Part shown: positions 38,680 to 47,047 of the stretch, one piece after another
How positions within the stretch are numbered: the stretch's first letter is position 1
Layout: every line of letters starts with the position of its first letter
DNA from: Acidilobaceae archaeon
GTDB lineage: Archaea > Thermoproteota > Thermoprotei_A > Sulfolobales > Acidilobaceae
Reading direction: 5' to 3'
NCBI GenBank assembly: GCA_038897215.1
Contig: JAWAWX010000001.1
Span: 352,001 to 416,000 of the forward strand
DNA length: 64,000 nucleotides
Position numbers and translations under genes: made by a program
Notes under the pieces: model-generated
Told to the model about the DNA's origin: nothing
What the model saw: only the letters and a program-made list of their open reading frames with translations
Database searches by the model: none

Positions 38680-39289
38680 CGAGCCTAGGAGAAGAGAGAG
38701 GATCCTAGTCACCGCTGCCATAGCGTCCTCTCTCCTAGCCTCGGCTCTCGTCCTCTACGCTGTAGCCGGGAGGCTGGCTAGCTTCGAGGGCTACGCTGTC
38801 TCGGGCTACGTGGGGCTACTAGGCTACCAGCTAGAGGTCCTGGGGTCTAGTGTCCGGGCTCCTCCGCTAGAGAGCGTTAAGGCGATATCCGTGGTCGACG
38901 CTCTAATCGCTCTAGCCGGGCTAGCGCTAGCGCTAGCCGGGGCTCTGGCGCTGGCCCGCGGGAGGCTCTCTCTAGCGGGAGAGCTCTCCTCCGCAGCCTG
39001 CATAGCCTCCGCTCTATCGCTGGCACTCACTCAGTCGCTCGTCAGAGTTGTCGCCGAGGACGTGATCCCAGCTCTTCCAGTGAGAGGAGTATTCGCGACA
39101 CCAGCTGGGAGGCTTGCTCTAGAGGCTCCCGTAGTCAATGAGAGCCTGGCTCTCACAGTCTTCCACGATGCGAGAGCCCTAGTCCTCCTCTGGGCTACCC
39201 TAGGCCTGGCGCTGGCAGTTGCCTCCGCGTACGTGGCGTGGAGGAGGCTGGAGAGGGAGAGAGCTCTCCCCGCGGCCGGCTCCCCGTAG
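38669..39289 (+). CDS. Four-TM membrane hypothetical protein
   Basis: Hydrophobic helices; overlaps the previous gene (operon). Confidence 0.6.
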   Translation: MSASEPRRRERILVTAAIASSLLASALVLYAVAGRLASFEGYAVSGYVGLLGYQLEVLGSSVRAPPLESVKAISVVDALIALAGLALALAGALALARGRLSLAGELSSAACIASALSLALTQSLVRVVAEDVIPALPVRGVFATPAGRLALEAPVVNESLALTVFHDARALVLLWATLGLALAVASAYVAWRRLERERALPAAGSP

Positions 39290-39362
39290 AGTAGCGTCCC
39301 CAGATATATACACTCCTAGCGGGCTAGCGTTGTTGAGCGAGAGCTGCTCCCTGGTGGGGGGC

Positions 39363-39797
39363 TTGGAGAGAAGGCATAGAAAGAGGTACGGTAAAGTCGA
39401 GGACTACCTGAGGTGTATTCTCGAGATCTCTCGAGCGAAGGGCTACGCTAGAGTCAAGGATATAGCGGCAGCTCTGGGGGTCAAGCCCCCCACGGTAGTG
39501 CAGGCTCTTAGGAAGCTCAGCGAGCAGGGGCTAGTCAACTACGAGAAGTACGGGGGAGTGACTCTAACGAGCGCTGGCAGAGCGTTCGCTGAAGCCACCT
39601 CGGCTAAGCACGAGATAGTGAAGAGGTTCCTAGAACTGCTAGACCTGCCCGGCGAGGTGCTGGAGAGAGATGCCCACGAGCTAGAGCACGCTCTAGACCC
39701 TCTGACTCTCGCTAGGCTAAAGAAGCTGACAGAGCTCCTGAAGGAGACCGAAGAGGGCAGAGAGGTCCTAGCTAGGCTCAGGCAGGAGCCCTTCTAG
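39363..39797 (+). CDS. DtxR/MntR-family metal-dependent regulator
   Basis: EDYL..I, KDIA..LGVKPPTV, YEKYGGVTLT..G, KH, DAHELEH. Confidence 0.92.
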   Translation: MERRHRKRYGKVEDYLRCILEISRAKGYARVKDIAAALGVKPPTVVQALRKLSEQGLVNYEKYGGVTLTSAGRAFAEATSAKHEIVKRFLELLDLPGEVLERDAHELEHALDPLTLARLKKLTELLKETEEGREVLARLRQEPF

Positions 39798-39819
39798 CTA
39801 GCGTTCTGCGAGCTCGAGC

Positions 39820-40428
39820 CTAACCCTCCTCCACTGCTCTCATTATCTTAACCTGTAGTCTCGTAGCGTGAGACGAGATGATAGACTCTATGCTGTAGTC
39901 TATGTGGGTCCCCGTGGTCGGAGAGTAGGCTACAGCTCCTCCAGTTATGCTAGCCGGCTTGTCTGATAGCCTTAAGAGCTCCCCATACCTAGAGGCTATC
40001 TCTCTAGCTAATTGCATATCTTTAGCTGAGACTCTCACAATCAACCCCCCTAGTCTATCAGCCTCGACTGATAGCTTCTCGAAGACTCTCTCCATGAATT
40101 CCCGATACCACTCGCTCTCTCGCTCTAAGTCTATGCGCTCCATGACTTCATCCATGACTCTCTTCATGAAGGATCTCCTCAAATCAGCTATCCTATTCTT
40201 GACCTCCATATCGAGCTGTCCTCTTAGAGCGCTAACCTGCTCTACCACCACTCTATACTCTTCTTGTAGTCTTCTCTCAGCCTCGCTGAGAGCTTTGACG
40301 TAGGCGTCGTCTAGAAGTCTGAGAGCTGCTTCACGCGAATCCGCTAAAGTCTTCCTAGCCTCTCTCAGCCCGTACGAGCCAGCTCTCCTCCCGAGGACTC
40401 TCGGGTCCTTGACTATTATCTCCGACAT
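39820..40428 (-). CDS. A/V-type ATP synthase subunit E-like
   Basis: N-terminal coiled coil; C-terminal VRVSAKD...ITGGAVA....IDYSIES. Confidence 0.7.
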   Translation of the reverse strand: MSEIIVKDPRVLGRRAGSYGLREARKTLADSREAALRLLDDAYVKALSEAERRLQEEYRVVVEQVSALRGQLDMEVKNRIADLRRSFMKRVMDEVMERIDLERESEWYREFMERVFEKLSVEADRLGGLIVRVSAKDMQLAREIASRYGELLRLSDKPASITGGAVAYSPTTGTHIDYSIESIISSHATRLQVKIMRAVEEG

Positions 40429-40506
40429 TCTTACTCCTTGAATTAAAAGTTCTCTAAAACTTATAACTTCACATTCTAACCGATAAAAGTATGGGAGACT
40501 CTACTC

Positions 40507-42177
40507 TTGGGAATTTTTCGAAGACTAGTAGCCAAGAAGCTCAGCAGAGTGGTCATCGCCATACCTAAAGACGTTTACATGAGAGCACTAATTAGAATAG
40601 CCTCAGAGGGGCTACTCCATCTTGAGGAGCCCTCTCGCTCTCTCCCGGGAAAGCCGTCACCCCGCTTTAGAGAAGCGTTCACCAAGGCTTCTGAGAAGGT
40701 ATCGAAAGCACTCACCTACATGGAGGCTATTGGCTTAAAGCCTGAATTCAGGAAAGTCTCTATAGCGGTTAGGGGAGACTGCCTAGCAGCCTTTAGCAGA
40801 ACTCTCTCCGAGTACGAGAAGTACGAAGCGCGATTTGATGCTCTAGCTCAAGAAGTCTCTGCTCTAGGAGGAGCTCATGCCGTAGAGTCTTCTCAGCTAC
40901 CTAGAGGCATTGTAGAGAAGCTCTACGAGTACTACACTGTCATGTATGCTTTTAGAGAACTCTTCAGAATGCTAGCTCACGGAGTCGAATCCAGCACCTT
41001 CTTCTTCGTAGAAGGCTACGTTGACGACGAGGAGCTCCCGAAACTAACCAGGATCCTCGACGAGGAGACAGGCGGAGCTTACGCTATCGTGAGAATGAGG
41101 TGGGGTAGAGGGCACGTGGTCGAGGCTACTCCCGTCAAGCTAGAGCTACCTCCTATCATAAGCTCGTTCCACGAGATCACCAGAATGTATGGTGAGCCAC
41201 GACCGGGCGAGATTGTGCCCACGATTTTTCTAGCAGTAACGTTCCCCGTAGCTTTCGCTCTAATGTTCCCCGACGCTGGCCACGGCCTCGTTCTAGTGCT
41301 ACTAGGGCTACTGTTCTCTAGGAGGAGCAAGGTGTGGAGAGACATATTCGTAGTAGTAGGCTTGGCTGCCTTCATATCCGGGCTCCTAGCCGGAGAGTTC
41401 TTCGGGCCTCTAGGCGGGCACTTACTAGAGAAGCTCTTCGGCTGGATTAGCCCCATTCCTCCTCTAGCTCTCCCGACTTACGCTATAGAGAAGGGGCTTG
41501 GTAGCGAGGTCGTTTTCGACCTGCTTATTGGAGTCATAGTGAGAGGGCTGTGGTTCGGAGCATTCATGCTATCATTCGGCTCGCTGCTAGGCGTCTTAAA
41601 CGCCTGGCTCTCAGAGAGTATCTACGAGCTACTGGGCTTCAGGCTACCCAAGTTCCTCCTTTTCAGCTCCATAGCCTTAGCGGTCTTCACAGTCCCTCTA
41701 GCTCCTCACCTAGCTACGCTAGTCGTGGCGCTAGCAGCTGGGGGGGCTCTGGTCGCGATAGCCTGGCTCTTCTTCCTAGCTCCAGTCATCGGTGTTCTCT
41801 CTGGCCACGAGGTCGGAGAGTCGATAGTAGAGGGGGTCATGGAGGGCTTCGATACGATTATAATGGCTATGGGTAATCTGCCGAGCTTCTTGAGGATAGT
41901 AGCTCTAGCGCTAGCTCACTCAGTCATCATGCTCAGCTTCACGTTCATCTACCACACTCTAGCTGAGTTCGGGCTCTTTGGCAGCATAGCAGGCCTCATA
42001 CTCTACGTGGGCGGTAACGTGATAGCTTTAGCTATAGAGGGCATCATAGTCTTCGCTCATGCCATCAGGCTACACTTCTACGAGTGGTTCTCAAAGTTCT
42101 ACTACGGCGGAGGCCTCCCATTCACTCCCGTATCCACACCCCCAGTCTTCGCTATCGAGGAGAGCTCTCAAGACTAA
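40507..42177 (+). CDS. atpI: A/V-type ATP synthase subunit I (a)
   Basis: MYG.P...EI.PT, FP..FALMFPDAGHG, SFLRI.ALALAH (essential Arg), HAIRLHFYEWFSKFY. Confidence 0.9.
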   Translation: MGIFRRLVAKKLSRVVIAIPKDVYMRALIRIASEGLLHLEEPSRSLPGKPSPRFREAFTKASEKVSKALTYMEAIGLKPEFRKVSIAVRGDCLAAFSRTLSEYEKYEARFDALAQEVSALGGAHAVESSQLPRGIVEKLYEYYTVMYAFRELFRMLAHGVESSTFFFVEGYVDDEELPKLTRILDEETGGAYAIVRMRWGRGHVVEATPVKLELPPIISSFHEITRMYGEPRPGEIVPTIFLAVTFPVAFALMFPDAGHGLVLVLLGLLFSRRSKVWRDIFVVVGLAAFISGLLAGEFFGPLGGHLLEKLFGWISPIPPLALPTYAIEKGLGSEVVFDLLIGVIVRGLWFGAFMLSFGSLLGVLNAWLSESIYELLGFRLPKFLLFSSIALAVFTVPLAPHLATLVVALAAGGALVAIAWLFFLAPVIGVLSGHEVGESIVEGVMEGFDTIIMAMGNLPSFLRIVALALAHSVIMLSFTFIYHTLAEFGLFGSIAGLILYVGGNVIALAIEGIIVFAHAIRLHFYEWFSKFYYGGGLPFTPVSTPPVFAIEESSQD

Positions 42178-42275
42178 ATCTAGCCGTTTCTCCGCCAGCT
42201 CTAATCTACATCGCGAGAGCCGAGCGGCTCGCCAACCCTATAGCCTTCGAGAGATCTCGAGGCTGGGAGTCTGGG

Positions 42276-43508
42276 CTGGCGCGAGTAGACCCCAGGCTCT
42301 GCGTTCTGTGCAGAGGCAGAGGTCTCTGCGGGCTAGCGTACTGCCCCGCTCTAGCTAGGGCTCGAGCTCTCGTTAAGCTCGCTCCGCTCACCGAGACTAG
42401 AGTGGTGGAAGGCTCGAGCCCCCCATCGGTCTTCGTTGGCAGAGTCGGCTACCCTAGAGTGAGCGTGGGCCCCGCTACTCCACCCGAGGCTGGAGACACG
42501 CGGGTCTTCGACTACCCGGAGCTCTGGCTTGGGAGGAGGCTCGATGAGGTCATAGGATTCAGGCTGAGCCTAGTCTACGGGTCTAGCTTGGCTGACGTGG
42601 CTAAAGCCGGGGGGCTCGTCGAAGAGCTTAGGCTACTAGCGCTCAGCTCTAGGCCCGTAGACGTGGTGATGGTCTTGGCGAAGCCCCCCAAGCCCCGGGT
42701 AGGCTTGAGCGAGGAGCTGCCGCCGATGGGGCCCAGGTCTCCTCTAGAGAAGCTCGTCGTCAAGAGCAATCCCTCTGTCCCGAAGCCTCTCGAGAAGGCG
42801 TACTCGGACACAGACCTCAGAGCTACTGACGCTGTCTGGATGCTCTACAAAGAAGGAGTCCCCGTATCGCACATACAGAGAGTCTTCAGCGTTGGAGCAC
42901 TCGGGCTCGGGAGAGCTAGGAGGCTCGTGCCGACTAGGTGGAGCATAACAGCGGTAGACTCGATAGTCTCCGAGAAGCTGAAGGAGAGAGTCAGAGAGTA
43001 CAGCGAGGTCGATAAGATAGAGGTCTACATCCACAGAGGCTACGACAACCTCTTCCTAGCGATACTCTACCCGAGGAGGTGGAGCTTCGAGTGGATGGAG
43101 GCCTGGTGGCCTGGCTCCACGTGGAACCCGTTCGGAGGCGAGGTCGTAGTCGAGGGGGATTACGAACTCTACTCGGGGAGGAGAGACTACCCGGGCATCG
43201 GGGGGTGCTACTACGCCAGCATGCTCGCCGCTCTAGAGCACCTGGAGGAGAGGAGGAGGCAGGCCGCCGTGGTAATGCTGAGAGAGATATACCCGGGCTT
43301 CGATATACCGATAGGAGTCTGGTTCGTTAGAGAGATGGCTAGAGCCATGTTTAGAAGAGGCCCGGTTCTGAGAGCCGAGAGCTTGGACGAGGTGGCCGAG
43401 CTGGTCGATAGAGAGACGAGGCTGGGCTGGAGGCGGTGGCTTAGAGCATCGAGGCTCCTCAAGGCTCTGGCTTCAGAGAGGAGCCTAGATGACTATCTAC
43501 GAGGCTAG
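42276..43508 (+). CDS. nreA: Nre family DNA repair protein (CTG start inferred)
   Basis: N-terminal C..C.G.GLCG...CP; GSSPPSVFVGR.GYP; LVPTRWSITAVD; C-terminal PIP-like ERSLDDYL. Confidence 0.92.
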   Translation: MARVDPRLCVLCRGRGLCGLAYCPALARARALVKLAPLTETRVVEGSSPPSVFVGRVGYPRVSVGPATPPEAGDTRVFDYPELWLGRRLDEVIGFRLSLVYGSSLADVAKAGGLVEELRLLALSSRPVDVVMVLAKPPKPRVGLSEELPPMGPRSPLEKLVVKSNPSVPKPLEKAYSDTDLRATDAVWMLYKEGVPVSHIQRVFSVGALGLGRARRLVPTRWSITAVDSIVSEKLKERVREYSEVDKIEVYIHRGYDNLFLAILYPRRWSFEWMEAWWPGSTWNPFGGEVVVEGDYELYSGRRDYPGIGGCYYASMLAALEHLEERRRQAAVVMLREIYPGFDIPIGVWFVREMARAMFRRGPVLRAESLDEVAELVDRETRLGWRRWLRASRLLKALASERSLDDYLRG

Positions 43509-44319
43509 GAGACTCGGCAGGATAACAGTGCTAGTCGAGAGAGTAGAGAGAGCTCTAACTAGAACAGGGCTGCCAGACATAGACTATGCTCTCAACCCCT
43601 ACTCCGGTTGCTCTCACGGTTGCATCTACTGCTACGCTCGGCTCTACGTGAGTGATGCGAGAGTGAGAGAAAACTGGGGCTCGGTTGTTGCCGCTAGAGT
43701 GAACATTCATAGAGTGCTTGAGAGAGAGACTAGGAGACTCTCTCCGGGGCTCGTGGGGGTAGGGACTGTGACAGACCCCTACCAGCCCGTCGAGTCTCTA
43801 TTCAGGCTAACCAGGAGGAGCCTAGAGGTCCTCCTATCGAGAGGCTTCCGTGCCAGCATTCAGACAAAGAACCCTATGGTCTTGAGGGACCTCGATATCC
43901 TGGAGTCTAGGAGAGAGTTCGTAGACGTGGGCTTCACGATAACCACTCTGGATTGGAGTGTCTCCAAGACCATAGAGCCGCACGCTCCACCCCCTCTAGC
44001 TAGAGTGAGAGCTCTTGAAGAGCTCTCGCGGAGAGGTGTTGAGACGTGGGTTTTCTACGGCCCGGTGATACCCGGAGTGAACGACGACCCGGAGACCGCG
44101 AGGTCTATAGCCGAGGTCGCTGCCAGAACGGGGTCAGTGCTCTACGTAGACCCTCTCAGAGTCAAGCCGTTTATGCTGAGCGAGGAGCACCCATTGCGAG
44201 AAGCAGCGCTCAGAGCTAGGAGCAGGAAGTGGCTCAGAGAGCTACATGAGACAGTGGCTAGACTCTGTAGAGAGTACGGGCTGGAGTGTAGAGAGGGGTT
44301 TACAGCAAGCCCTCTCTAG
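43489..44319 (+). CDS. Spore-photoproduct-lyase-like radical SAM protein
   Basis: NPY.GC.HGC.YCYA, TDPYQP.E, QTK, EP.AP....R. Confidence 0.9.
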   Translation: MTIYEARRLGRITVLVERVERALTRTGLPDIDYALNPYSGCSHGCIYCYARLYVSDARVRENWGSVVAARVNIHRVLERETRRLSPGLVGVGTVTDPYQPVESLFRLTRRSLEVLLSRGFRASIQTKNPMVLRDLDILESRREFVDVGFTITTLDWSVSKTIEPHAPPPLARVRALEELSRRGVETWVFYGPVIPGVNDDPETARSIAEVAARTGSVLYVDPLRVKPFMLSEEHPLREAALRARSRKWLRELHETVARLCREYGLECREGFTASPL

Positions 44320-44324
44320 AAGCA

Positions 44325-44867
44325 TCAGCCGCCTCTCCTCAGGTACCAGCCTAAGTCGCGGATAGGCGTAGCCATCCTCTCCCCGCTCTTCTCGACTCCT
44401 CGAGCCCAGCCTAGAGGCTCTCCTCTAGCGTTCACGACGACCGCTACTCCTCTAGCCCACTCTACTAGATGGCGTTCTCTGAGAGTTCTCCCGTAGAGGA
44501 ACCTCTTCTCTCCGGCCTCGTTGACCACTATGCACTTCACTCTCTCGCCGCAGAGCTCTGAGAGCCTCCTGGCTAGAGGGAGGCCTGGCTTGAACCTGCC
44601 TTTCTCAACGTAGCCTAGGTAGAGCCCGGCTGCGTAGTGTGAGGGAAGGAGCTCGAGGACTTCTAGAGCCCACTCTGGGACGTCGAAGAGCTCCACGTAC
44701 CTAGCTCCGGGGACCTCTAGAGCCATCGGGTTAGCCGCTACCTCCTCGAGAGATAAACCCATGCTTGAGAGGAATCTCTCGAGAGCTCTCCGCTCCCCGC
44801 TCTTCAAGCGCCTCAAGCGAGGCCCGCGCGCTCTCTGAGCAGAGGGCTCTGCTGCCTGAGGGGTCAC
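44325..44867 (-). CDS. NIP7-like/PUA-domain protein coupled to the m5C methyltransferase
   Basis: GLYLG...GRFKPGL, GEKRFLYG, DLGWYLRRGG; GTGA overlap. Confidence 0.75.
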   Translation of the reverse strand: MTPQAAEPSAQRARGPRLRRLKSGERRALERFLSSMGLSLEEVAANPMALEVPGARYVELFDVPEWALEVLELLPSHYAAGLYLGYVEKGRFKPGLPLARRLSELCGERVKCIVVNEAGEKRFLYGRTLRERHLVEWARGVAVVVNARGEPLGWARGVEKSGERMATPIRDLGWYLRRGG

Positions 44868-45859
44868 CGCCTCTCCCTGGCTAGCATGCAGACAAAGAAG
44901 CCCTCGTAGCCCTGGATGTGAGGCCATAGCCTCCCGCAGTGAGCGAGCCGTGGGTCTAGCTCCACGCCCCTGTAGCTAGTCACTCCTCTAGAGAGCACTG
45001 GGTGCTCTAGCCTGACTACTGTCGCGTCACTGCGGGATTCTAGGACCTTGTGCACGACGTACTCTCCCTCTTCTACAGCAGTGGAGCACGCAGCGTAGAG
45101 CACCACGCCTCCTTCTCTCAGTAGTCTGAGTGCTTTCTCGAGTAGCCTCACTTGTAGCTCGTGCATTCTCCTGATGTCCTCAAGCCTCCCTCTCTTCTTC
45201 CTGCTCGGGTCCTTCCTGATGACTCCCTCTCCCGAGCTGGGAGCATCGAGAAGTATCCTGTCTGCTTTGAGTTCCTCGGGGAGGCTTAGAGCATCTGCTC
45301 TCACGAGCACGAAGCTCTTGAACCCCATTCTCTGAAGGTGAGACCTGAGGCTCCTCATCCTGAGTCTAGACTTCTCGACTGCTATCAGTCTAGCCTTGTC
45401 TCTGGTGAGTTGCAGTATCTGAGTCGCCTTGCCCCCAGGGGCTGCGCACATATCGATGATTAGTTCTCCAGGCTTGGGGTCTAGGAGGTAGCCTGCTAGC
45501 ATAGAGCCTGGGTCCTGGACGTAGTAGTAGCCGAGGAGGTACTCGTGTGTAGCCCCTACGCTGATAGGAGCGGAGGAGACCTCGTAGCCGTGGGGGAGCC
45601 ACTCGATCCTCCTCAGCTCGAAGCCCTTGGCTTCGAGTCTCGCCTCTAGCTCTGAGCAGTCTACCAGGTAGTCGTTGCACCTGATCGTCTCAGGGAGGGG
45701 CTTCTCGTTAGCCTCGAGGACTCTCTCGGCTTCGCTCACTCCTACCGCCTCCACTAGCCTGTAGACTATGCTGGGCTCGTATCCGTACCTTTGGGAGAGC
45801 TCTAGCACCTCTCTCGTGAACTCGTAGGGAGCGAATACTCTGGAGTCGAGACCGCTCAC
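44864..45859 (-). CDS. RsmB/NOP2 family RNA m5C methyltransferase
   Basis: GYYYVQD..S, DMCAAPGGK, LDAPSSGEG, YAACS...EE.E, WPH...EGFF. Confidence 0.92.
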   Translation of the reverse strand: MSGLDSRVFAPYEFTREVLELSQRYGYEPSIVYRLVEAVGVSEAERVLEANEKPLPETIRCNDYLVDCSELEARLEAKGFELRRIEWLPHGYEVSSAPISVGATHEYLLGYYYVQDPGSMLAGYLLDPKPGELIIDMCAAPGGKATQILQLTRDKARLIAVEKSRLRMRSLRSHLQRMGFKSFVLVRADALSLPEELKADRILLDAPSSGEGVIRKDPSRKKRGRLEDIRRMHELQVRLLEKALRLLREGGVVLYAACSTAVEEGEYVVHKVLESRSDATVVRLEHPVLSRGVTSYRGVELDPRLAHCGRLWPHIQGYEGFFVCMLARERR

Positions 45860-45864
45860 TGAGC

Positions 45865-46944
45865 CTAGCCCTCTATGACTCCGACAGTGCTCGCTAGCCT
45901 GTAGGCTACATCGTAGTCTATCTGCTTGTCTCCGAGTATAGTGTACCTCTCCGGTCTTATCGTAGGAGCTATGGATATCGCTTCTACTAGCTCCTCATCG
46001 GTCACCCCCAGCTCTCTAGCTGTTGTCGGGAGCCCCACGCTCTTGAGGACACTCTTGACTCTCCTCCAGTTCATCCCGTGGAGGCTAGCCGCTATGATCG
46101 TGCCTACCGCTACCGCCTCCCCGTGGAGAGGAGGCTTTCTAGCCGTCAGTGCTAGCGCGTGAGCTATGAGGTGCTCCGAGCCGCTAGCCGGCCTGGAGCT
46201 ACCGGCTATGCACATAGCTATCCCGCTACTTATCAGTCCCTCCACGAGGACTCTGAGCCCCTCCACGCTACCGCTAGCTACCTCTCTATGCTTGCTTATA
46301 GCGTGCCTAGCGCTAGTCAGAGATATCGTGGCTGAGTACTCCCCGTAGTACTCCCCCTTGAGCAAGCTGGCTAGCCTCCAGTCTCTCACAGCCGTGATTT
46401 TTCCGACGAGGTCCCCGAAGCCAGCCACATTGTACCTCCTCGGAGCTCTAGCCACAGCGTCTACATCAACTAGGATCACGTCGGGGGGCTTCGCGGGCTT
46501 CGACACAGGCCTCTCGAAGCCCTTGAGGCTAGCGTAGGGAGAAGCTATACCATCGTGGCTCGTCGCTGTAGGTATGCTGACAAAGAACCTCTTAGAGAGC
46601 TTGGCCGCGTACTTAGCCACATCTATAGACTTGCCTCCACCAAAGCCTACTATCACCTCCACAGAGCTGTCTACCTCCTGAGCTACAGTCATAGCCGCAT
46701 CCAAGCTAGCCTCTGTGACCACGAAATCCCAAACGCTGAGCCCCTCGTCTTCGAGAGCCTGCTTGAGAGCAGGGTAGAGAGACTCTCTCACGTTGGGGCC
46801 CGTGACGACGAGAACGCCGAGACTCCTCCTCCCGAAAGCGTCTACAAGGTAGGAGCCAGTCTTCTCCAAGACTCCGTAGCCGACGACTACTCTCTTAGGC
46901 AAGTCTATCTGGTGCTCTCTCGAAGCCCGCCACTCCAACTCCAC
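45865..46944 (-). CDS. egsA: sn-glycerol-1-phosphate dehydrogenase
   Basis: GGGKSIDVAK, PT..SHDGIASP, GSSRPASGSEH...HAL, HGEAV, RPERYTILG. Confidence 0.95.
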   Translation of the reverse strand: MELEWRASREHQIDLPKRVVVGYGVLEKTGSYLVDAFGRRSLGVLVVTGPNVRESLYPALKQALEDEGLSVWDFVVTEASLDAAMTVAQEVDSSVEVIVGFGGGKSIDVAKYAAKLSKRFFVSIPTATSHDGIASPYASLKGFERPVSKPAKPPDVILVDVDAVARAPRRYNVAGFGDLVGKITAVRDWRLASLLKGEYYGEYSATISLTSARHAISKHREVASGSVEGLRVLVEGLISSGIAMCIAGSSRPASGSEHLIAHALALTARKPPLHGEAVAVGTIIAASLHGMNWRRVKSVLKSVGLPTTARELGVTDEELVEAISIAPTIRPERYTILGDKQIDYDVAYRLASTVGVIEG

Positions 46945-47047
46945 GCCCGCCGGGCTTATAGCAAGCCGGAGAGCTAATAGAGCTCACCTGAGACTCCCCC
47001 CCTAAAGCCCCGGGGCTTGAGAGCTGTCTCCCGGGACTGGCTTCGTA

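Noticed and set aside
42084-42275. N-terminal extension of nreA in the ORF track
   Set aside because: Overlaps the atpI 3' end and the intergenic region; the conserved protein begins at the Zn finger.
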